Shown in pieces: positions 36,586 to 45,768 of a stretch of 64,000 nucleotides of DNA. Both the position numbers and the translations under genes were made by a program. Where the stretch lies: positions 65,576-129,575 of the forward strand of contig CAKVFH010000002.1 in NCBI GenBank assembly GCA_934746515.1, read 5' to 3'. Below the pieces are notes generated by a model. The model was not told where the DNA came from and ran no database searches. It saw only the letters and a list, made by a program, of their open reading frames with translations. Within the stretch, counting starts at the first letter, position 1, and every line of letters begins with the position of its first letter. This stretch comes from an uncultured Clostridia bacterium. Lineage in GTDB: Bacteria > Bacillota > Clostridia > Christensenellales > UBA1242.

Positions 36586-37218
36586 TTACTTCTTATTTGA
36601 TTTTGAAGAAGAATTTGCGTCTCTTTTCTCTTCAATTTCATCTGAAATTGGTTCTTCGGCAAGTGTTTCGCTTTCAAGATTTGTTTCTTCGGCAACTTCC
36701 ATTCTTTCGTTTAAGTTTGAGTTTAAAAGTTCATCTTCAGCGTCTGCATCTTCAACTTCGTCTTCAATTTCTTTAGATTTTGCTGATTTTTTTGATGTTT
36801 TTTGTGCTAATTTTTCTTCAGTTTTAGCACCGAAAATGCCATATTTTTCTTTTGCTTTCTCTTCTTTTTCCAAAAGGTTTTTGCCAAGTTTTTCAACCTG
36901 CATTTGATGAATACGCTCTTGACTTTCAAGCTTCATGTTTAAAATTTCAAGTTTTCTATCTTCTTGAGCTTTCCTTTTTATTGCATTGCGCTCCTTTTTA
37001 GATTTTGTTTTTGCTGCGCTATTTTCCACAAAAATATCATAAGAATTTTGCACTTGTGTTTTGAAAGTTTTAATCAAAAGACGAACAACAAAACATGTGA
37101 GCCAAACAAGAGCCACAACTGCAACGATAATACAAAATGCCATGCCGATAAATGTAAAAATGCTAGTAAGATCAACTCTTACACTTTTGTCAGCATTGTC
37201 GCATAAAAATTTTAACAT
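36586..37218 (-). CDS. Membrane-anchored coiled-coil protein with an acidic C-terminus
   Basis: The likely start is ATG 37218, after AAGGGGAAGG. One TM (FIGMAFCIIVAVVALVWLTCFVV), then Lys/Glu-rich helix. Confidence 0.55.
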   Translation of the reverse strand: MLKFLCDNADKSVRVDLTSIFTFIGMAFCIIVAVVALVWLTCFVVRLLIKTFKTQVQNSYDIFVENSAAKTKSKKERNAIKRKAQEDRKLEILNMKLESQERIHQMQVEKLGKNLLEKEEKAKEKYGIFGAKTEEKLAQKTSKKSAKSKEIEDEVEDADAEDELLNSNLNERMEVAEETNLESETLAEEPISDEIEEKRDANSSSKSNKK

Positions 37219-37348
37219 ATAACCTTCCCCTTTATTCAAGATACTAGCACAAAGTTAGCACAATATAATGAATTTGTCAAATAAAGTGCCTATTTACCAA
37301 AAAATTAGCAAAAGAAAAACTCCAAACAATTTCATTTCTTCTGGAGTT

Positions 37349-37876
37349 TTATTTCAAACGATTCTCTAAATTTTTAATAACATTATCTTTGATTTCACTA
37401 TAAGTCAAGTTGTCGATATCCAAAACCATATCTGCAAGGTTGTCGCTTATAAATTGTTCAACCAAAACAAGTTCATCAATTGGAAGTGTGAAATATTCCT
37501 TTTCTTCTGGCGACTTGAATGCGATATGCTCTCTTTCGGCAAACTCGCGTTTAAAATCATTTTTTAAAAACATAATAACATTGTTTTCTTTAAGTTGCTC
37601 AAACAAGTCAGCATTTTTGCTGATAATTTTTGTGTCAACAACAAACACAACACCAGAAAAATCTAGCTCATTTTTTAGAATTCCACGCATTTCTTTATCT
37701 GCATAGTCTTCGCCGTTAATTTTTAGCACATCAGTTAAAGTGTAAGGCGCATTGTCAAATGCAAACATATCATACATATCAAAAAATCGCATATCAAACC
37801 TTTCAGCCAAAATACATGCAATTCGTCTTGACAGTGCATAATCGTAACAAATGACAATTATATTTTTTCTCATCAA
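37349..37876 (-). CDS. Shikimate-kinase-like P-loop fold protein with a degenerate Walker A
   Basis: N-terminus NIIVICYDYALSRRIACILAERFDMRFFD aligns with the strand / P-loop / helix pattern of AroK-type kinases. GxxGxGKS is replaced by CYDYALSRR. Confidence 0.35.
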   Translation of the reverse strand: MMRKNIIVICYDYALSRRIACILAERFDMRFFDMYDMFAFDNAPYTLTDVLKINGEDYADKEMRGILKNELDFSGVVFVVDTKIISKNADLFEQLKENNVIMFLKNDFKREFAEREHIAFKSPEEKEYFTLPIDELVLVEQFISDNLADMVLDIDNLTYSEIKDNVIKNLENRLK

Positions 37877-38205
37877 TCTTCTCCCAATTCAATTTTTGAC
37901 AAAACCACACCGACTGCCGCGTCAAAATTATTGTCTGCAAGATTATCACAAAGCTCGCGAACTTCGCTGTCAAAAGCAATATCTTCTTCTGAAAGCTTTA
38001 TAATTTCCTTTTCACCAACAATTTTATCTTCCGCCTTTTTCGGAACATAAATTTCATCACCAAAAACTTTGCGAAGTGCAACTTCAGCTTCAAGCACAGA
38101 CAATGGAACCTTATGTTTTTTCAAATCATCAACAGAAACATTTGTCTTGCTGATTTCTTCTGAAAATTCCTTTTTAAATTTTTTCAATTGGTCATCTTTT
38201 TCCAT
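37873..38205 (-). CDS. Hypothetical small acidic protein
   Basis: 110 aa. 4-nt overlap with the downstream gene (coupled). Confidence 0.5.
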   Translation of the reverse strand: MEKDDQLKKFKKEFSEEISKTNVSVDDLKKHKVPLSVLEAEVALRKVFGDEIYVPKKAEDKIVGEKEIIKLSEEDIAFDSEVRELCDNLADNNFDAAVGVVLSKIELGED

Positions 38206-38207
38206 AA

Positions 38208-39395
38208 CTAATCTTCCATATCATCATTTTTCTTAAGTGAGAGTGCAAGTTCAAGCTCTCTTTCAAGTTCATCTTTTGCTTTGTCTTGTTCAAACTTGTC
38301 ATCGGAAAGTTGTTTTTCATCATCAGCTCTGTCTTGAGCTTCTTGAATGTCAGAATTTTGTTCCATTTCTTCTTCATCATCTTCAAGCATAAGCGCTAAT
38401 AACTCTTCCCTGCTCATTGCATTTTGTTTTTGAGTTTCTTTTTCTTGTTCTTTTCTAACTTCTTCACTTTCTTCAACTTCAGTTTTAATGGTGTCACCAG
38501 CCAAACCATTTGCAAGCACCGCAACACGCTTTGAGCTTGGCAAAAATTCAGATGCTTCATTACAATGCAAATTCTTGTCGATTTCGTCTGAAAGTTCAGG
38601 AGCGTTTTTCTTGATACATTGTTTTACGGAAACATTAAAATTATTTTTAAGTTCTTTCGCAAACTCTGAAATATTCCTTATTCTTCCACAGTTTTTTAGC
38701 AAGTCACCAAGCTCTTCATTTGATTTCGCAATTGATTGAGTTTTTATTTTTGACGCCACAAACAACACACATTCTTTTAAAAAATTATTTTTTATGCTGT
38801 TCACCATAAAATATTCGTCAGGAATAGTCGCAACTGAATATGGAAATGCCAAAACAATCTCATGGATAAAATCCGCATCACAGTTTTTCAAAACTTCGCC
38901 ATTCCACTCTATTGAAAGGTCAAGTTTATCACCAGAAAATGCTAAAAGTTCGCCATTAAATAATTTATAAGTCACACCGCCAGCGCTCGCTGGATTTAAG
39001 TTTAATGTTTTTTCAGAAACATTTTTCGATTCACTCGCAAGCGCAGACGCAAAAACCTTTTTGTCTACCGCTTCATTATAGATGCCCATTTGTTCAAGTT
39101 TAGCACTAATATATTCTATGCGTTTGTTGTTTCTTTGAACAATATCTTCAATTCTGTCTTGCACTGCAAGTTTTTTTATGAGTTCATCTTGCACTTTTTT
39201 CATCTTGCAAGAAAGTTCACCTACTTCTGCATAAGTTTCAGAATTAAGCAGTTGCGATTTAATTTTTTCATACTCATTAAGCTCAAGTCCGCAGTTTAAA
39301 TTTATTGCATTCAAAACAGAGTCAAGCCCGTTTTGGGCAGACTTTGCTAACGCTTTATACAAAATATAATCGCTATCTTGAATCATATTATTCAC
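38208..39395 (-). CDS. Hypothetical protein with an acidic C-terminal tail
   Basis: 395 aa with no recognised motif. The C-terminal ~90 aa are Glu/Asp-rich. Confidence 0.55.
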   Translation of the reverse strand: MNNMIQDSDYILYKALAKSAQNGLDSVLNAINLNCGLELNEYEKIKSQLLNSETYAEVGELSCKMKKVQDELIKKLAVQDRIEDIVQRNNKRIEYISAKLEQMGIYNEAVDKKVFASALASESKNVSEKTLNLNPASAGGVTYKLFNGELLAFSGDKLDLSIEWNGEVLKNCDADFIHEIVLAFPYSVATIPDEYFMVNSIKNNFLKECVLFVASKIKTQSIAKSNEELGDLLKNCGRIRNISEFAKELKNNFNVSVKQCIKKNAPELSDEIDKNLHCNEASEFLPSSKRVAVLANGLAGDTIKTEVEESEEVRKEQEKETQKQNAMSREELLALMLEDDEEEMEQNSDIQEAQDRADDEKQLSDDKFEQDKAKDELERELELALSLKKNDDMED

Positions 39396-39437
39396 CTAAT
39401 TTTATAATACTTTTATTTTTTAGCTCTGTCAATGAAA

Positions 39438-40748
39438 TTACCTTCTTGATTGTTTTGGCTTTTTGACCCTTATGGAAAGAATAACAAAAATCAACGAGAA
39501 AGTTATAATAACACAAAGCAGTCTAAACGAAATTTTGAGTTTCGTTTGTGCATTTTCAGATTCAAGCGCATAAACCAAAACGCCATCAACACTTGAAAAC
39601 TCAATATTCCCATTCTTGTCTGTTCGAAGAAGATAATCATCAGCAAGGCTTGAAACTTTTGCAACTCTCTCAAGGGTTTCTGGCGCAGGGTGTCCGTAGG
39701 TGTTTTTCGCACCTGCCGAAACAATAACAAACTTTGGAAGCACAATATTCAAAAGTTCTGTGCTTGTGCTGTATTTGCTGCCGTGGTGACCCAAAAGCAA
39801 CACATCAACTTTTGCAAGTTCTGTTTTCTCATCATCGGTCAAACTATTGATGAAAGCCATTTCAGAGTAGCCGATGCTGCCATTGGATTCGGTGTATCTT
39901 GAATCACCCATGAATAAATATTTATCATCGAAACAAGTCACAGTAAAGATTGCGGAATTGTCATTTGATGTTGAGCTTGACGAACCAAAACCATCGGTCG
40001 CAAAGCCGAGAGTCTTTGTTGACCATGCAGAAAAATCCATGTCAATATTTCGTTTCAGTGGAGCAAAAAACTCAATTTCATAATTATCGCCACCAATTTT
40101 CAAGCCATCATAAAACACCGTGATTGTGCTTTCAACTTCCGAGCCGCCTTCGGTGTAGGTTTCTGTATAAATATTTTTTATAAATCTTCTGTAAACAGAA
40201 CTGGTAATTTTGCAGACCTTGCTTCTTCCACTTGATTGAACTTGCAATTCATTGTAAGCACCTGCAAGATCTTCATACTCATAAACCGCAGAACTTGCAT
40301 CGCTGGTTGAAAGCGAAATTTGAAAAGGTCTTAAAATATTTTTTATTTCAAAATTTTCAAGCACATAATTAAGCCCACCTATATGATCGGAGTCAGCATG
40401 TGTCGCAATCATATAGTCTATTGTTGTTACATTGTGGTTTGTTAAAAATTCGCCAACGGTTTCGCCGTATTCAACATCTCCGCCGTCGATTAGCATATTC
40501 TTTCCGTCAGGAAGCTGAATATAGCTCGACGCACCCTGCCCAACATCTATATAAGAAACATAGTATGGCTCGTTTTCAATTCGATCAAACCCTGATTGGT
40601 GACTGTCCAGTGTGGTTTTGTAGCCAACCAAAACTTCAAGTTTGTCAGCAAAAACAAGTGCAACTGCAAGCACGCACAACAATAAAAGTGAAACAATAAT
40701 TTTCCATTTTGTTATATAAATCTTTTTATTCTTTTTCATCTTTCGCAA
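39438..40748 (-). CDS. Membrane-anchored MBL-fold hydrolase (ComEC C-terminal-domain-like)
   Basis: N- and C-terminal TM helices. Motifs IDVGQGAS, MIATHADSDHIGG and LLGHHGS. Confidence 0.75.
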   Translation of the reverse strand: MRKMKKNKKIYITKWKIIVSLLLLCVLAVALVFADKLEVLVGYKTTLDSHQSGFDRIENEPYYVSYIDVGQGASSYIQLPDGKNMLIDGGDVEYGETVGEFLTNHNVTTIDYMIATHADSDHIGGLNYVLENFEIKNILRPFQISLSTSDASSAVYEYEDLAGAYNELQVQSSGRSKVCKITSSVYRRFIKNIYTETYTEGGSEVESTITVFYDGLKIGGDNYEIEFFAPLKRNIDMDFSAWSTKTLGFATDGFGSSSSTSNDNSAIFTVTCFDDKYLFMGDSRYTESNGSIGYSEMAFINSLTDDEKTELAKVDVLLLGHHGSKYSTSTELLNIVLPKFVIVSAGAKNTYGHPAPETLERVAKVSSLADDYLLRTDKNGNIEFSSVDGVLVYALESENAQTKLKISFRLLCVIITFSLIFVILSIRVKKPKQSRR

Positions 40749-41598
40749 AATACTTTCCTATTTTCTTTGGATTTAAACTTAACATTTTTATAATTTTTTC
40801 TTTGTTTGCCATGACTGTGTCGTAGCCAATCTGAATCATTTCATCAATGCTGTCAAGCTTTAGTGGTGAAAATGTTTCAAGCGATGGCTCAAAAATCAGG
40901 TCTGCCATTTCAAGCGTTTTGTCAATTTTTGATTGCATCATAATACCGATTGTTGACGAAAGCACACTGATTGTTGAAAGTGAGTTTGTGCCGGTTCCAC
41001 GCAAATGGTTTACATCAATGGCAAACACAACATTTGCACCCATTTTTTTAACAACATCGACAGGCACATTATTTCTTAGTCCCCCGTCAACCAAATGCAT
41101 ACCTTCATGAACAACTGGTGTAAAAACTCCAGGGACGGCGCAACTTCCAGACACAACTTTTGCAACATTGCCGTAATCAAAATCAGCTTCTTTGCCAGTT
41201 TTTAGGTCTGTGCAAACAACTGTCAGCGGAATTTTCATTTCAGAAAACACCATAATGTCGCCATAAACACGATTGAGAAGTTCTTCAAGTCTTTCAGTTT
41301 TTGCAGGCTTGATAAATGGAATTGATCCTTTTGTAACTTCCTTTTTCTTGATGTTTTTTACAATTTCAATCATCTCGTCAGGAGTTTTGCCAAGCGCATA
41401 AAGTGAAGCAATAATGCTTCCAACACTCGTGCCTGCAACATAATCAAATTTAACTCCCAATTCTTCGAAAGCTTTGAGCGCTCCAATATGCCCAACACCC
41501 CTGCAACCACCGCCACCGAGCGCGAGCCCAAGCTTGGTTTTTCTGCAAACATTAACTTTTGATTTATCGCGTTTTTTAAAAAAATTAAACATAGCCAT
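40726..41598 (-). CDS. Patatin-like phospholipase
   Basis: GGGGCRGVGHIGALKA (oxyanion), GTSVGS (GxSxG) and VDGG (catalytic Asp). Confidence 0.9.
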   Translation of the reverse strand: MAMFNFFKKRDKSKVNVCRKTKLGLALGGGGCRGVGHIGALKAFEELGVKFDYVAGTSVGSIIASLYALGKTPDEMIEIVKNIKKKEVTKGSIPFIKPAKTERLEELLNRVYGDIMVFSEMKIPLTVVCTDLKTGKEADFDYGNVAKVVSGSCAVPGVFTPVVHEGMHLVDGGLRNNVPVDVVKKMGANVVFAIDVNHLRGTGTNSLSTISVLSSTIGIMMQSKIDKTLEMADLIFEPSLETFSPLKLDSIDEMIQIGYDTVMANKEKIIKMLSLNPKKIGKYFAKDEKE

Positions 41599-41644
41599 CT
41601 CTTTATATTAGTTTATATTATTACTATAGCATTTATAAGAAATT

Positions 41645-41677
41645 TTGTAAAAGAAAAATCTCAAGATTGCTCTTGAG
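41645..41677 (-). terminator. Terminator after the 41709 gene
   Basis: Stem TCTCAAGA/TCTTGAGA followed on the minus strand by TTTTTCTTTT. Confidence 0.7.
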
Positions 41678-41708
41678 ATTTTCAATTTAATTTTTATTTT
41701 GCTTTAAG

Positions 41709-42689
41709 TTAGGCAGCTGTTCCTTCAGTTTTAGCAATAAGTTTTTCAAGTTCAGCAATTTCTTCATTGTATCTTGCTTTTTCTTGAATCAAGAATTTTG
41801 CCATTTTAACATCATGATCATTCTTTTCTTTGTTGCTATCCAAGAATTCTTCAGCATCTTGAATGCTTGCTTTGAGTTCTGCAATGTGGCTTGTGAGTTC
41901 TTCTTGTTTAACCTTTTTATCTTCGTCAACATTTTTAATATCTGTTACACTATACATAACAAGGTTAAGGTTTGTAAGTTCACTTGCTCTTCTGTCAAGC
42001 ATTTTTTGGTTTCTAGCCTTTCTTCTCTTTGTTCTTTCATAATTCAAGATTGATTTTTCAACTTTGATTAAATCTTTGTTGATTTTATCTCTGTTTTCAA
42101 TAACCTTTTCAAGTCTTGCTTTGTAGTCAAGAAGGTTTGCTGGAGAAATTGGTTCTTCTGGCATATCGTTAACAACAACAGTTTCTTCATTTTCTTGAGT
42201 TTCAACTTGAGTGTCTTGAACTTCTTCTGCTTTGTCTTGAATTTCTTCAGTTGTTTCTGCTACTTCTTCTTGAGATTCAGTTTCTTGTGATTCTTCAACT
42301 TCTTCTACTTCTTTAGTTTCTTCAGCTTCAGAATTTTGAACTTCAGTTTCTTCTTGTTTTTCTTCTTCAACATTTTGTGTTTCAGATTCTTCTTGTTTTT
42401 CTTCTTCAACTGGTTCTTCTTTATCTTCAGCTGTTTCAACTGGTTTTTCTTCAACACCTGCTTGTTCTTCTAGTTTTGCAAGCATGCTGTCAACTGACTC
42501 TTCTTTTGGTTCTTCTTTATTTTCTTCTTGAACATAGTTTTCTGAAGAGAAAATACTTTTAACTTCAGCTTCTTCTTTATTTTCTTCATGTCTAACCGAA
42601 ATTTCAACAATAAACATAATCATAAACACGATTGATGCAATTGTGAAAGCGCCTACAATAGAAAGCAATACAATTTGTAATGTTGTCAT
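41709..42689 (-). CDS. N-terminally anchored protein with a Glu-rich repeat region and a C-terminal coiled coil
   Basis: TM LQIVLLSIVGAFTIASIVFMIMFIV. Then repeats of the type EEKQEESETQNVEEEKQEETEVQN. Then heptad-like Lys/Glu sequence. Confidence 0.6.
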   Translation of the reverse strand: MTTLQIVLLSIVGAFTIASIVFMIMFIVEISVRHEENKEEAEVKSIFSSENYVQEENKEEPKEESVDSMLAKLEEQAGVEEKPVETAEDKEEPVEEEKQEESETQNVEEEKQEETEVQNSEAEETKEVEEVEESQETESQEEVAETTEEIQDKAEEVQDTQVETQENEETVVVNDMPEEPISPANLLDYKARLEKVIENRDKINKDLIKVEKSILNYERTKRRKARNQKMLDRRASELTNLNLVMYSVTDIKNVDEDKKVKQEELTSHIAELKASIQDAEEFLDSNKEKNDHDVKMAKFLIQEKARYNEEIAELEKLIAKTEGTAA

Positions 42690-42923
42690 AATGACTTCCC
42701 CCTGTGATTAAAAATTTCAAGTTAAAAATGTAAATTTTTGCTGATTTTTTACAATTTTCATACATTTTTAACCTGTATTTTTTATTTCTGCAGTTATTTT
42801 AACATAATAGTATCAATTTGTCAATACCCATTTTAAAAAAAATTAAAAAGACTGCCGCAAAACCTGAAATAATCAAACATCAAACAGCTTTTGTAACAGT
42901 CTTTTTTATTTATTCTTTAGTTT

Positions 42924-43508
42924 TTAATCATACACATTTTCATCAAAATATTTGCGCCTAGATTCGAGATCAAGAATGTCATCTACACTAAACAATTTGA
43001 AATAGTGATTGTCCACGCCAACATTATAGCCAAACTTTTTCACAAAAGCACACTTATGAACATGCCCAAACAAATTGTATTCATGCTCCATTTCACAATC
43101 TCTTGGGCAGTGAGTTAGATAATATTCATGCTCTCCAATTTTTAAGTGCATACCCTTTTTGATTACATCCGAAAAACCTTTAGCCAATAAATAGTTTTTA
43201 AACTTTTCAAAATCGCCACCAAATTCACGATTCAAAATTTTATCTTCGTTATTGCCAAGAATTAAAACAACTTTCGCCCTGATTTTTTTGACAAACTCAA
43301 AACACTCGTCGTAGCCAGTGTTATCAAAGCTATTATAGTTTACAAAATCACCCAAATGATATATAACATCATTTTCCCCGGCTTGCTCGTTCCAAATATT
43401 TATAATGCTGTTATTCATTTCTTCAAGTGAACCAAAAGGTCTAAAATCTCTTGGTATAACTGTATTATCTTTTAATGAAAAATGTGAATCTGCGGTAAAA
43501 TATTTCAT
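42924..43508 (-). CDS. Calcineurin-like metallophosphoesterase
   Basis: Motifs ADSHF, LGDFV, GNNED and GHVH. Start ATG 43508 follows GGGGA. Confidence 0.8.
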   Translation of the reverse strand: MKYFTADSHFSLKDNTVIPRDFRPFGSLEEMNNSIINIWNEQAGENDVIYHLGDFVNYNSFDNTGYDECFEFVKKIRAKVVLILGNNEDKILNREFGGDFEKFKNYLLAKGFSDVIKKGMHLKIGEHEYYLTHCPRDCEMEHEYNLFGHVHKCAFVKKFGYNVGVDNHYFKLFSVDDILDLESRRKYFDENVYD

Positions 43509-43516
43509 ATTATCCC

Positions 43517-44605
43517 CTAACAATTTTTAATTTTTTCCCATGGAAATTCTTCTCTGCCAAAGTGTCCAAAACAAGCAGTTGGCTTGTAAATTGGCTTAAG
43601 CAAATCAAGTTCATCAATAATGTTTTGAAGACGGAAACTGAAGTTTGATTTCACAAAGTTTCGAATTTCTTCTTCCGAAACTTTGTTTGTTCCAAATGTT
43701 TCAACATACAAGCTAACCGGCTCTGCAATGCCGATTGCATAGCTTGCTTGAATTTCGCATCTATCAGCCAGTCCGTGTGCAACAACATTCTTTGCAACAA
43801 ATCTTGCATAATATGCCGCACTTCTGTCAATTTTTGTAGCATTTTTAGAGCTAAAGCAGCCGCCACCAACTCTTCCAACACCGCCATAGGTGTCAACAAC
43901 AATCTTTCTGCCCACACAGCCACTGTCACCAAATGAACCCCAAATTGTAAATTTGCCACTTGGATTGATGATGTATTTAATATTGCCAAGATCATAATCT
44001 TTAAAATCAGCCATAACCTTATCAACAACATTTTGTTTGATGTCATTAAAAATTGTGTCATGATCAAGAGCTTCACTGTGCGAAACACTAACAACTATTG
44101 TGTCAACTGAAATTGGCTTATCGTTTTCATAACAAACTGAAACTTGGCTCTTTGCATCAGCAAAATAGCAGTCGGTTGTTCTTCTAAACTCATCATAAGT
44201 TTTCATAAGTTTGTGAGCAATAGTGATTGGAAGTGGCATAAATTCTGCAGTTTCGTTTGTTGCATAGCCATAAACCATGCCTTGATCATTTGCCATAAGT
44301 TCTTGTTTTTCAACAGCCTGATTGATATCTGGGCTTTGGTGTGAAATTTCTTTTGTGATTATAAAGTCATTTTTATAACCAATCTCTTTCAATGTTTCTT
44401 TTGCAATCTTGTCGTAATCAATATTTGCAGAAGTGGTTGCTTCGCCATAAATGAACAATTTGTCGTCTTTTATTGCGCATTCAACAGCCATTTGTGCATT
44501 TGGGTCTTGACGCAAAGCCTCGTCAAGAAATGAATCTGCAATGGTGTCGCAGGTTTTATCTGGATGCCCAATATTGACAGATTCGCTTGTAATAATTTTT
44601 CTCAT
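43517..44605 (-). CDS. metK: S-adenosylmethionine synthetase
   Basis: Motifs GHPDKTCD, GDSGCVGRK and GGGCFSSKNATKIDRSAAY. The true start is ATG 44605 (MRKIITSESV). The track ORF runs upstream through the riboswitch terminator. Confidence 0.95.
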   Translation of the reverse strand: MRKIITSESVNIGHPDKTCDTIADSFLDEALRQDPNAQMAVECAIKDDKLFIYGEATTSANIDYDKIAKETLKEIGYKNDFIITKEISHQSPDINQAVEKQELMANDQGMVYGYATNETAEFMPLPITIAHKLMKTYDEFRRTTDCYFADAKSQVSVCYENDKPISVDTIVVSVSHSEALDHDTIFNDIKQNVVDKVMADFKDYDLGNIKYIINPSGKFTIWGSFGDSGCVGRKIVVDTYGGVGRVGGGCFSSKNATKIDRSAAYYARFVAKNVVAHGLADRCEIQASYAIGIAEPVSLYVETFGTNKVSEEEIRNFVKSNFSFRLQNIIDELDLLKPIYKPTACFGHFGREEFPWEKIKNC

Positions 44606-44631
44606 AAGTTTTTCCTTTTTATTTATTTCCA

Positions 44632-44762
44632 TAAAAAAATCCCACATATAGTGGGATAAAAGTTCTATTCATCCCATAGAATTCAGCCTTTAGCACCTTT
44701 GCGTTTCGCTAGGTTGCTGTGTGGTCAACGGGGCTGTCCCTAACACACTCTTTATGGATAAA
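44632..44762 (-). promoter_or_regulatory. SAM-I (S-box) riboswitch with an intrinsic terminator
   Basis: The minus strand reads ...CCATAAAGAGTGTGTTAGGGACAGCCCCGTTGACCACACAGCAACCTAGCGAAACGCAAAGGTGCTAAAGGCTGAATTCTATGGGATGA. Then comes the hairpin ATCCCACTATATGTGGGAT followed by TTTTTTT. Confidence 0.85.
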
Positions 44763-44833
44763 TAAATCATAGCACTTACATAGATTTTTTTCAAGCGAAA
44801 ACATATAAAAAATTAACTTTTAAATCACTAAAT

Positions 44834-45583
44834 TTAAACATCAATTTCAAGCACAATTGGCGCATGATCGCTGCCTAAAACTTCCGTAAAAATATCAGCT
44901 CTCAAAATTTTATCTTTCAATCTGTTTGAAATCAAAAAATAATCAATTCTCCAGCCTATATTTTTTTGTCTGGCGCTAAAACGATAGCTCCACCACGAAT
45001 ACTTGACCTTGTCACCATTAAAATATCTAAAACTATCTTCAAAACCGCTATCCAAAAGCATTTGCATTTTTGTGCGCTCTTGAACAGAATATCCAGGGTT
45101 ACCTTCGTTCGCCTTTGGATTTTTTATGTCAAGTTCGCATCTTGCAACATTCAAATCTCCGCAGCAAATAACCGGTTTGCTTTTATCGAGCTCTGTTAAA
45201 TACGCTCTCATATCGTCTTCATATTCTTCGCGATAATCTATTCTTTTGAGTTTCTCTTGAGCATTTGGAACATAAGAATTAACAAAGTAAAAGTTGTCAT
45301 ATTCAAGGGTTATTACCCTGCCTTCATCGTTATATTTTCCATTTATGCCATAGCTCACCGAAATTGGTTGTTTTTTTGCATAAATAATCGTTCCGCTGTA
45401 ACCTTTTTTTTCAGCAGAATTCATAAACCTAAAATAATTTGGTCTGTCAATTTCACCTTGACCTTCTTGCATTTTTGTTTCTTGAATAGCGAAAAAATCC
45501 GCATTCTCTTTTTCAAAAAAAGTGGCAAATCCCTTTTCCATGCAAGCTCTTAAACCATTAACATTCCAACTGATAAACTTCAT
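44834..45583 (-). CDS. xth: Exodeoxyribonuclease III
   Basis: Motifs MKFISWNVNGLRA, IQETK and GSDHAPIVLE. Confidence 0.95.
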   Translation of the reverse strand: MKFISWNVNGLRACMEKGFATFFEKENADFFAIQETKMQEGQGEIDRPNYFRFMNSAEKKGYSGTIIYAKKQPISVSYGINGKYNDEGRVITLEYDNFYFVNSYVPNAQEKLKRIDYREEYEDDMRAYLTELDKSKPVICCGDLNVARCELDIKNPKANEGNPGYSVQERTKMQMLLDSGFEDSFRYFNGDKVKYSWWSYRFSARQKNIGWRIDYFLISNRLKDKILRADIFTEVLGSDHAPIVLEIDV

Positions 45584-45768
45584 AACTTTTCTCCTGACAA
45601 AATTATAACAAAACTAGACAAAAAAATCATCTGTTATGGCGGCACAATAAACATATTTTTTACAAAATTTTCAAAACACAAAACTAAAAGATATTAAATT
45701 TAAGCACAAAAAAACTCCGTCTAAAAAACGGAGTTTTAGATTTTTATTTTGTACCTTTTCTGATTCAA

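Noticed and set aside
43651-44094. 147-aa minus-strand ORF overlapping metK.
   Set aside because: It is an alternative frame of metK, and the MetK motifs lie in the other frame.
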